Assembly: GCA_046563655.1 (NCBI GenBank)
Contig: CM102288.1
Span: 248,001 to 312,000, forward strand
Origin: Yuukianura sp. NJ FZ-2021
Lineage: Eukaryota
DNA: 64,000 bases
Direction of reading: 5' to 3'
How positions within the stretch are numbered: position 1 is the stretch's first letter; every line of letters starts with the position of its first letter. Positions 54,062 through 64,000 of the stretch are shown in pieces. The notes under the pieces are model-generated. The model did not search any database. It was given only the letters and a program-made list of their open reading frames with translations, and had not been told where the DNA came from. Position numbers and translations under genes: made by a program.

Positions 54062-55122
54062 TTAAGTGAGTCGTACGTTTGCGTCGATGGGTTCGAATCG
54101 AGTTCTGCAGAGACTCTGCCCCCTGTCGTCGTCATCACAGTCGAAAGTGTTGAGGTTGTTGTTGTGGTTGTGGTTGGACAGTATGATGTAGTACAAAATG
54201 ACATAGAGTGAGTAGCAGGTCATCAGCAAGAGGTCAACAGTGTGCGCAGTCGCAAAGGCAGAACTGAAGTCCCCCAACAGGGACCCTTCCGACACACTGA
54301 GCCCTTTGCCCGGAATGGCAATGAACATAGGGTAAGTCAATACGAGACCAATCAGAATGGAGATGGACATGAACAGGATCACTGGCAATCTCCTAGCACG
54401 CTCTTCCTGAAATATGTTAAATATATTATATTAATATATTTTAATAGATTTTAATATACTTACACTGCAGACTGAGTAGAGTAGGTAGACGAGGCCCAGG
54501 AGCCGACAGAGCCCCACCAGCACCAGGAGCCACCCGGCCCCACGCAATTTGCTCAACTGCCGCAGACCGAGGTTGGATCCCTCTTCTATGATTGGCTGCA
54601 AACAGCAGGACGATTCCGTCAGAAGCCAAATACCCATCGAAACGTCCCAAACTGAGAAAACCTGCCCGCCAAAGTTTAAAAAATCAAAACGTTTTTTTAA
54701 GAGTGCAAATCGTTTGAAACGTTCATCAATTTCAATTTCAAGGTCAAATAACTCCAAGTATGGAATTTGGCAACAAGTTGAGAATTCTGAATCTGAATTT
54801 CAGATTCTCTCATAAAATATTTGCTGCTGGACATCATTGAACTTTTGTCTTGTTTACTACCAATGTTTTATCAAAAAAGTAAAAATCGTTTTGAAATTTT
54901 GAGTATTTTTTGAAAAAAGGAACTTACAATGGCAATCCATACGACTGCTTTGACTGCGTATGTGATCGGGAGGAGTCCACAGCAGCAGCAGACTGGTGAG
55001 CAATTGGTGTTGGGATTACAAAAGGCGTCTCGGATGACTGAAGTGTGGACCCGCCTTGGTGGGGCAGAGTCATCAGCCCCACCATCCCCACCGTCATAAC
55101 TGAACTGGATCCGTGGCATCAT
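54062..55122 (-). CDS. Four-TM protein with Cys cluster before TM1 (LAPTM-like layout)
   Basis: Three exons: CCCCGLLPITYAVKAVVWIAI / VFSVWDVSMGIWLL...LLGLVYLLYSVCS / ...CYSLYVILYYI. Confidence 0.72.
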
Positions 55123-56368
55123 TGTGAGGGTCACTTGACCTTGACCCCTTGACCTCCCACTTCTACTGCTACCATGGTCTAACTCCTGTTTCTACTCCAA
55201 AAGCAACAATTTGTTCCTGGATAGAAGAGACAGGAAGATCGAAGAGGGATTAAAAATTCAACATCCGCCGACAGTCGGGTGCATCCGACTTTCTCCTCAA
55301 CTAGTTCTGCAACACACAGACGCATTTCAACAAAAACAAACTTTCAAGAACTTCAAAATTTTAAAAAAAAAATTGAAAATTGAAAATAACAAAGTTCCTG
55401 TCTGCAAACTACAAACAGTTGAACTTAACTTGTGCATAGCTTTCGTTTGTTTTCAAAAGCGAATGGAAATTTTTCTTAAGGCGTTTAATTCTGTAACACG
55501 GTTAGTTTTTCAGTTTTGGCTGCTAGCACCTTTATTATTTTCTATAATTTTAGTGTCTTCTTAATTAGTAAAATTTCACTTAAGTTTAAAGTAAATGAGC
55601 AATCCACATCTTAAAAACACAATTTTCTCAAGTATTACAGCTAGAGAGTAGAGCTTAATAGTCGTAAAAACGAAACAATGCAAAATTTAAACCAAAATTA
55701 TTACCACAAAGTTCAGAAATACCTAATTGTACATTAGTTAAAAATGAAAAACTTGACAAAAAGGTGAAAATTTCAACATGGAATCCAACGCTAAGAATTT
55801 TTTGCTAAGCGTTTAGTATCGGAAAACATTTCAGTCTTCGCTTGACCAACGCAATTCGACACCGTTTTGACCAAATCTCCAGTGAAGTTAAAATTATTGT
55901 TCAATAACTCAAATTTCAATCATTAGCTTTTTAAAAAAAACTTTGGCGTACGGTTCGACTACGACTTTAGTCGATTCTGAGTATTGTTGGATTTTTGAGT
56001 TGAAAATGGAAGCAGACTTGAGTTGAGTACTTTTTTAAAACAACATTTAAAAAACAGACTAAACTGAGAGACAGACTCAAATGGAATGAAACATTTTGAG
56101 GTCAAAGGTCAAACTCTAACTTTAATCTTAAATCTTAAGATATTGTGGTGCCTAGATTGATTGGAAAACTTTCTTTTACTTTTTTTAAACTTTTTTTAAA
56201 AACTCTTCTTGTAATTTCACCCAATTTCTAAAAAATGTCGAACCGATTTCTGCGTCTGCGCGTTTTCACTTGAACCTTTGCACCTCTTGCTGACTAAATT
56301 GACTTCTACCAAATAGTATGTTGAGCAGAGTCAAGTATTTCTATGGCGACATTTGAAATGTCGCCATT

Positions 56369-57276
56369 TTAAGAAGGGCAGTGGGGATGAGGTGTGCTGT
56401 GGGTGGAGTAGCTGCGTGAATGTCGCTGATGCAGTGCGTGGAAGTTGTCTGGAGGTCCAGCTCGTTTGATATCCTTGCGGAGTCTGCGCACAACCCAAAG
56501 TGACCAGAGCTTGTAGAGGAGGAAGATGATAGCTGGGACATAGACTGACGCCGTGTCAGGATTCACGACCACCGCCGCCGTCACCGCCGCGATTCCAGCA
56601 GCAGTCGGAATCGTGTTGATCACAAGCCACATCGTCAGTCGCGGCGGACTTATCTGTTTCAACAAAATCAAAATCTTGTCAAAGGTCCAAAAGGTCAAAA
56701 AAGTAAAGAAAATGTAGGTAAAGGTCATTGACCTTTCAAAAAAATGTCAGAAGACGTGTACTCACCCCTCTGACGCCTTGACATAGCGTTAGAACCACGA
56801 TTAGCCAAGCGAGTAAAGCAATTGCTAAGACAAAAAAAAATTTTTTTGAAAGTGTCAAAGGTCACTTGTGTTAAGTATATTGAGGTCAAAGGTCACGATT
56901 TTTGCGTGACCTCTTACCGATCACAGCCGACCCCAAAGTAGTTAATGTTCCCAATTCAGCTCTCAAATGTTCACGTTTTCCAGCATCTGAAACTTCCTGG
57001 AGAATTACGTCCAGGAAAAACTGTGGAAACAAAACCAGGATTCCAGCCACCATTGTCCCCAGACCCAGAAAGCCCTGAAACATTCGAAATTTTTCAAGTT
57101 TTGAACAATGAACCTTAAAATTTCAAGTCCTGAATTTCTTTAGACTGGAAAAATCTCGACCCTTGACATTTCACTTTTGAAAAGAGTTGATTTGAAAGTT
57201 TTTTCGGATTAAATTGAAAAGTGTGACTTACAAATTCGATGTAGACTACAATTTTGGCCTGTTCTGAGCTACACAT
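56369..57276 (-). CDS. Four-TM protein, paralog of 51502-52333
   Basis: Same four-exon structure; AKIVVYIEF, LLAWLIVVLTL and MWLVINT...FLLYKLWSLWVVRRL. An in-frame upstream ATG at 57459 is possible. Confidence 0.75.
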
Positions 57277-57952
57277 CGTTCTAACTGTGAATTTCCACTT
57301 TTTCAGTAACTGTTTGAGCTTGACATGTCTCCCTTTGGAAGCCCTGCTGGAAGAGTAAGTGGGGCAATGACTTTCCTGTGATGAAGGGCTGCCTATTGAT
57401 CGCAAACGCAAAAGTCGGACTTTAAGAGCCGAAACTCCCCGAAGTCTCCGTTTGTGCATCTTCTATCCCAAAGGAATTCCATTCAAAAGTACCACTCTCC
57501 AAATTCGCGCAAGCAAAATCCACTTTCTCCTGTTACTTTTTCACTTTCACTACAACTTTCACCAAAAATATTTAACTCGGTGACGTCAGAGGTCAACTTG
57601 ATTTGACACGGAAAGGAACAAAAAAGTTGAACTCGAGGACTCTGTCACGCACCGGTTTCGGAAAATAAATAAGCAAGAGGTGGCACAAGTTCAAACTTTT
57701 AAAAACCTCCCCCTCTTCTGTATATGATATTCGGGTTTTCACCGAATTCGGTTTCTGTGAACACAAAAAACACCGAAGTTGACCCAGCCCAACCTTTCTC
57801 ATATCTAGCACGCACACGCACGCCAGTCACGCACACGGCTCAGTCCTACAAACACCAATTTTATTTCCAAACACAAAATTCTTCAACAGAAAAACTTAAA
57901 ATTTGGAAACTTAAAACCTCAAAATCAAAATTTTACTAAAATTTCCTCTAAT

Positions 57953-59414
57953 TCAAAATTTTTGGTTTTGTTTGTAGCCAACAATGATACTGATGCTGTT
58001 GTCGAGAACGAAGCTGAACATGTTAGGGATTGTGAGTGAGTTTACGACATACAGACCACCAATGTCCCACTCCAGAGGACGCATAGAGCGCAGAAGCATT
58101 CGTTCCCTTTTGACCTTGACACTTTGGCCGTGACCTAGGTTTGTTTCAGCACCCTTCAACACTTGCCTTGTGACCTCTGACATTCCACTCCCAACTTGCA
58201 TGCAGTAGATCATTGCAGTTACAGTGATGACAGATACAAGTATGACAAGAAGGAATGTCGTTAGGCCCAGTTCTGCATTGAACAGAACGAGAACAGACAG
58301 CGACATGATCATCAGAAACATGGCCATTCCTGTGATTATTGGTAGTGTCATGCGCAGCACTTCTGTGGCGACGCAATGAAACACTTCATGACCTCTGTAC
58401 AGCATCAGAGCGTCGTCTACAGTTAGCACCCCTGAGGAAATTGCGCTAAACACACAAAAAAAATACCAAAAATATCAGATTTCTATAAAATTACTTGATT
58501 TGGCTAGAGATATTTCGACGGTGGAATTTGACTGGTTGGCTCCAGCCCATCTGAAAGCTGATTGGTCAGTTGTAGACCAATGAGAATCAACCTTTGAGTA
58601 GAACACTATGTACATACCTAAGGGTGGTTTTCATGGCTCGAGTAACAAAGTCGACGTGAATGGCAATTTCAAAGATGCTGCCCATAATGAAGAAAACGTC
58701 ACTGGAGTAGTAGAGAGAGCAGGCACAGGCGACCATCGTGTCCAAGCAGATGTCGCCAGTTGCGAGTCCAGACATGACGGCCATTTTGAAATAGCACTGG
58801 GCAAGGAGGTACACAGGACCAGTCGTAACTCCCACCACAACACCAAAACTCAACATTATCCTAACGAATGTAACAAATTCCTTGTCTCGAATTTCATAAA
58901 TTTTCTTCTCTTTGAAAAATTTAGCTGCAATGAAATCCAAAATTTACAAACTTTTAAGTCGAAAAAAGTCCACTTGAAGTTCGAAATTTGAGAAAAAAGT
59001 CATAGTTTGAAACTAACCTTGGGCGTGGCTCATGGAGTACAACGAATTGAAGTAAGAACCAACTCGAAATGGTTGCAAAAAGAAATGCAAATGTGAAATA
59101 AGAGATTGAAAAATAAGTGCAACGAGATACATCACTTGCAAACCAACTTGCGGACTCTGAACATTGTCCCGTTGGATTTGACCTCTCCAGAATATGAGTA
59201 GACCAAGTCGTAAGAGAAGGTGAGCTGTGCAAATGACCTTGTAGAAGGTCAAATGACTTACAAAAGGTCGCTGACCTTGGTGACCTCTGCAGTACACTAC
59301 AGTCCACCGTGTGTTGTCATCAGGAGACACTTCAAATTTCCATGGAAAGCATCCCACAAGGTAACCGAAGTTTATAAACTTGGACAAAAGGGCCATAACC
59401 CGCTCTTCCAACAT
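57953..59414 (-). CDS. Divergent gustatory-receptor-like 7TM chemoreceptor
   Basis: Three exons with many TM helices; N-terminal GYLVGCFPW; C-terminal RSMRPLEWDIGGLYVVNSLTIPNMFSFVLDNSISIIVGY resembles the GR/OR TM7 region. Confidence 0.6.
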
Positions 59415-59793
59415 TTTGTTCACTTCTGCCAAATTTTACCTAGAAAATTACGTATTCTTTGTTTCTCTTGTGGTTGACTTTGTGATTTGTTTATTATTCT
59501 TTTGACTTTGAGCAAATAAAATGCTCATAAAATTGAACCTTTTGTGTGTTTTCACCATTTTGTGAATATTTCTTGCAATTGATAGTCCATTTAGTGGCAA
59601 AGGCATAATCACGAAATGCAGGTACGAGAGACGTTCGTGCTTATTTTTGAAATTTTAAAACTATGTCCTATGTCAAACAAATTTCCCAAATGGCAGTAGC
59701 AGGAGTGGTTGGTTCCAAATAATTCAAATAAAACAACTAAATTTTACTCAATTGCAGTTAAAGTTAAGATAAATTTAAGTTTACTGTCCGCCT

Positions 59794-61598
59794 TCACTCA
59801 AGATCCTCTTCGTTGAGTTCATGCAGAAGATGATTGACTCTGCTTTGTGGCCTCGCACTTGCCTCCCCCTGGCGGCGACCTCGCAACTTATTCGTAGTTG
59901 GACGTCCGCTTTGTCTCCCCGACTCCACTCCAATTCTTCCATTCGAGCTGTAGCGGGGATCCGGCCGAAGTGGCTTCGTCAGAGAGTCTCCGCCATCGGC
60001 TGGTCCACCACCTTTGACCTTGGCTGACCCCGTCAACATCGGTCGGCTCACCATTTGAACGTAGGGGTCATCCAGCACATCTTCATCTCCAGTACTCAGA
60101 CTCTGCATTAAGTTCCGCTCATTTTGGGACGGAATTGGATGAGTCGATCCACGAACACGCGGAGCTTCCGGCTCCTTGTTTCCATACGGACCGTTTCTCC
60201 TGAAACAGAATTTGAAGGTTTTTAAACTTTCAAAATTTTGAAATCAAAAGTGGTATAGTCAGTTTTTTCAAAATTTTGATTTACATTGACAACATGATGT
60301 CGACATCGTCGTCCATGTCGGATCCAAGGTCAGAGTTGTCGCCGTCAATAAGAACCATGTCAGTTTCTGACTCTGACTCCTCCTCCTCCAGTCCTCCATA
60401 CATGTTCACCCTCTGCGCACCGCTTTTACCACGACTTGACCTCCCGCGCATGCCCTGATCTGCGCCGACTCCTTTGACCTTGACCTTATCCTCACGACCA
60501 AGCTGTTCCAAACTCATTTCCAGCGATTCCTCTTCCTCCGATCCCGACAGCTCATCCAATTGCGACGAATAGGCATTAGTTGAGCCCAGTTTGGCCGATC
60601 GCTGACTCTCCTGCACTCCCATCTCTTCCATTTGATGCTGAAGATGAGCCAGAATTCGAAATCTTTCGACATACTGAGTGTACAAATCCTCGAGTTCCCT
60701 TGTGACCTTGTCAAGGTCATCCATGTACGCTGGTCTCACTTTGGCCATGGTCTGCAACCGCTGCTGACTCCTCTCCAGCTCCTGACGCTTCTTTTCAATC
60801 TTGAGGTCAAGTGACCCCTGTGTCTGCACAGCCGAATCTACTGAGCTGCGCAGTCGCTTCTCTTCTTTTTTCATGGCCTCAGTTGCTTTGGCCAAAATGG
60901 AGTCGTAGTCACGCAGTTCAAAAGGTTTGGCCAACAACGTGTCTCTGGCTGAACCAATCCAGGCTTCTTTTGTGACGAGGTCAAAGAAAGTGACGCCTTT
61001 GTCCGTGAGAGAGGCAGAGAGGTCACGAGTGACCTTGACCTTGTGTAGAGATGGCTGAAGTTGGTAGAACTGGGTGAGGTGGTCCTTTTGTCCAGTTTGT
61101 CCAGTGTCACTGTCTTTGTCCAGTTCCTTCTTTGCAGTGGAGTAGAATTGAATCAACTTGGCTATTTCTTTGACGGCGTACCCGTCTGCCTGGTACAATC
61201 TTCTCCCGTTTAGCCGCACTCCAGTTTTCCTAAGCTGAATCATCAATTTGATCATCATTTTACTCATCATCATCATACTCATACTCATCATCACTTACAA
61301 TGTTCTGGACAAAGTATCTGATGAAGTTCACCCGACCAGCCTCCGTGCCAAGGTCACTCGGTGTGTCCGAGATGGAGGTGGGGTCATGTCGTTTTAAAAA
61401 CCACCGAAGTATGTCTCCTAGCAACTGGAAGTTTGGCGTACGAAAACTCTCCAAGGAAATTAGCCTAGGATAGCCCATTCGACGCAGCACATCAGTCACA
61501 TCTAAGTCAAAAAATAATTAATTGGTAATACATGGTTTATTTAGTTTTAAGAAAAACTTGAAACTTATTTAATTACTTTTGATTTCTCGATAAGACAT
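59794..61598 (-). CDS. CLUAP1: Clusterin-associated protein 1 (IFT38)
   Basis: MSYREIK, LRRMGYPRLISLESFRTPNFQL, RLYQADGYAVKE, KIEKKRQELERSQQRLQTMAKVRPAYMD and an acidic tail; last exon splices in frame to the stop at 59794. Confidence 0.95.
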
Positions 61599-61784
61599 TC
61601 TGCTTTCACTGCTACAGACTGCTCAAATCCAAAACACAAAAGCAGCAGGGTTCGCACTGACTTGACTCAGAATTTTCACTATTTTTCCGTTTTTTTTTTT
61701 TAGTTTTGGAACACCGATTTCAAAAAATGGAATTTTTAAATTAGTGTTTTGAAGTAAGCCGGAGTTTGTTGAATATTAGACACT

Positions 61785-61798
61785 GTTGCCTTGGTAAC
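61785..61798. promoter_or_regulatory. RFX X-box upstream of the ciliary gene CLUAP1
   Basis: GTTGCCTTGGTAAC fits the X-box consensus GTTNCC-NN-GGNAAC, ~190 bp upstream of the CLUAP1 ATG. Confidence 0.75.
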
Positions 61799-61967
61799 GA
61801 TAAACTCACAACAAGAGGAATTGGCAATCGATGCGGATGAAAAATGAAGAAGTTGAAAATATTCTGAAAGGATTTTGACAGCTTTTTATTAATTTTAATT
61901 TTAGTATCTTATTATTATTATTTTAGTATTTTATTTACTTTTATATTTTTTGTAATATTTTATTGAA

Positions 61968-62381
61968 TCATAGTTTTGCGTTGGCCACTGCCAGATCCAC
62001 CATTGGTTTCATTTCGTTGACCTTCGTCGTGAGTCTGCGCATTGCCTCCACTTTTGTAATGTTCCCAAGTGCTTCCCACGTTTGCTTTTCACGCGTGTTC
62101 ATGTCCTCTTTTTCCGCTTGCGGAGCAGCTCGAAATGCTCCGTGAGCAGAGTGCTTCAAAAGGGCTTTGAACTGTCGCTTCTGCTCCTCAGACAACTTGT
62201 ACGGATGATCTGTCAAAAAATTTCCAAATTTTATTTTGCCACTTTACTCAAAATTTGAACAATTTGGTTTTCAAAGGCATCTTTGACTTTTGAAAAGTCA
62301 GTTACCTGCTGCTGCTTTGAGGTTTTCCAGGAAAACGACAGCTTCTTCATAGTTTCGTTGCTGCTCTTGAAGTGTCCCCAT
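61968..62381 (-). CDS. Divergent acyl-CoA-binding protein (ACBP)-like
   Basis: Two exons: MGTLQEQQRNYEEAVVFLENL / LSEEQKRQFKALLKHSAHG...REKQTWEALGNITKVEAMRRL; ACBP spacing with substituted residues. Confidence 0.7.
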
Positions 62382-63347
62382 TTTCTAAAATTTTCAACTT
62401 CAAAGAAACTGAAATTCTCCAGAAACTAGGGATACTTTTAGGGATTTTTTATTAGTTTGAATTGTAATCGTATTCTAATAAGTTGCAAAATTCCACGGCT
62501 TGATCAAGTTCTTACCAAACCGGAACTCACCAATCCAAATCCCTTTTACTTTGAAAAAGACAAGGAAACATGGCACTAAAAGGAATAAAAATAGCTTTGG
62601 GAATTTTGAGTGGGAGTGTGCCAAAATCAGCAGATGACATGAATTTAGTTTTCAGTTGAAACAGACTTCAAATGATCTGTTTCAGTTCGTATTTTTCTCA
62701 ATTTAATTCTGCGTTTGAAAAATTTAGCAAAAAAAGAACATTTCAAGTCTTTCAACTTTTTCCTCACACAATTTGTGTCTACCCACTCAAAGGAACAAAT
62801 TTTTGAGAGTGCTGGCACAAATTAAACAAGATTTATTTTCTGAAAATTATTGTGTATTTTATATAACCTTAGCTTTCTCACGAAAATAAAGATTTTTATC
62901 AAACTTTAGCTCTCTCGTCAAAAATAAAAATGTAAACTGCATATCCCAAAATCCTAAAAGAAAAAAAATTCGCGTGTAAAGTAGCACGTTTTTTGGATTC
63001 TCACTTTCTTTAATTAAAATTTTCAGTTTTGGGTATGGAATTTCTGACATAAATTGTGTTTGATTCTACGAAACAGAATTCACATACTACGTCAAAATAA
63101 CTCAAGTTGAGTTAGCATCTCTCCCATTGTGCAACTTCCACTCTTAATGACTTGCATTTTTGGGATAAAATTTCGGAAACTACACGAGTTCAATTGCAAA
63201 TTGGACAAAAATTCTCAACACGCGTTTGATTTTTCAAAGTGATTTTTGTTCAAACTTTACTATAAAAACACAACTTTACTAATTAAAATTGAATAGTCTA
63301 CTGCTGAAACTTAGCAGACAAAAAAGAGACTAAAACGTTGTTGAATT

Positions 63348-64000
63348 ATGGTATTCATTGAGCGTGTCAAAGAAATCAGTTTCTTTTTCCTTGCTTCCTT
63401 ATGTGCACTAATATTCTCCCCGATTTGGATTTTCTTTTGGATTTGGAAAACAATTGTAAAAAGTTTGATTTACATTTTCTATAGCGAATTGGATTTAACC
63501 TTTCTGAGTGTTGCGGACTCGTACATGTATGGGCTTGAAGGACGAGACGACTTTTGCCTAAATCCGAAAATATGCGTTGTAGGGATACTGGTTCTGGAAG
63601 GTCATTTGGGTCAAGATGAAGTTCGGACTAAATTTCAAAAGGAAGTTATTGAGGGGTCAAGGACGTTCGGAAGACTTAGGAAACGGATTTTCAAAAAATT
63701 TGGTTACGTCTTTTTTGGTTGGGATAAAAATTTTGACATTGCAAATCACATCTACGAAGTTCAAATTCCTCTAAATCAGGAGTCGCTGCAAGATTTTGTG
63801 GTCCAGCGATACAGAGCTCCATTTCAGCCGGATTCCCCCATGTGGGAAATCCTGCTGATTCAAAAGTACAATGGACAAAACAAAACTTTGCTTTTGATTC
63901 GAATGCATCATTTGGTCATGGATGGTTTCAGTGCAATCCATTTCCTAAAGGCATGCGCAACCGAAATACCGGAATCGACTCAATGCCGGGAAACCGGAAT
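63348..64000 (+). CDS. WS/DGAT-like (wax ester synthase-like) acyltransferase, 5' part, runs off window
   Basis: Uninterrupted frame from ATG 63348: N-terminal hydrophobic helix, FDIANHI, PFQPDSPMWEILLI and catalytic-type IRMHHLVMDG (HHxxxDG). Absent from the ORF track, presumably because no stop is reached. Confidence 0.82.
   Translation, partial: MVFIERVKEISFFFLASLCALIFSPIWIFFWIWKTIVKSLIYIFYSELDLTFLSVADSYMYGLEGRDDFCLNPKICVVGILVLEGHLGQDEVRTKFQKEVIEGSRTFGRLRKRIFKKFGYVFFGWDKNFDIANHIYEVQIPLNQESLQDFVVQRYRAPFQPDSPMWEILLIQKYNGQNKTLLLIRMHHLVMDGFSAIHFLKACATEIPESTQCRETG

Overview
Eukaryotic (animal) genomic DNA: AT-rich, gene-dense, with many 40-100 nt GT-AG introns. The gene content is arthropod-like; a springtail-like hexapod is an inference only. 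1-11 kb has no supportable coding sequence. 11-32 kb holds spliced genes: anoctamin, eEF1-delta, ATP synthase subunit f, OPA3, a SEC14/CRAL-TRIO protein, endonuclease V, POLE3, B3GNTL1, Bax inhibitor-1 and a small membrane protein, plus a MITE. 33.0-37.0 kb is a 163-bp satellite arranged as a ~4-kb foldback, whose start, inversion centre and end all fall in the monomer's own hairpin. It carries a second MITE and abuts an orphan terminal exon of CLP1. 39.6-50.0 kb encodes a nahoda-like type-I membrane protein that appears to join a His-brace LPMO-like copper domain, EGF repeats, two Met/His DOMON domains and a SEA-like domain; this is the most interesting candidate system. The rest holds three 4-TM proteins, a gustatory-receptor-like gene, CLUAP1 with an RFX X-box, a divergent ACBP and the start of a WS/DGAT-like acyltransferase. 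A perfect AGGTCAAAGGTCA motif is strongly over-represented. Family assignments come from motif recognition, not database searches; multi-exon CDS spans include introns.
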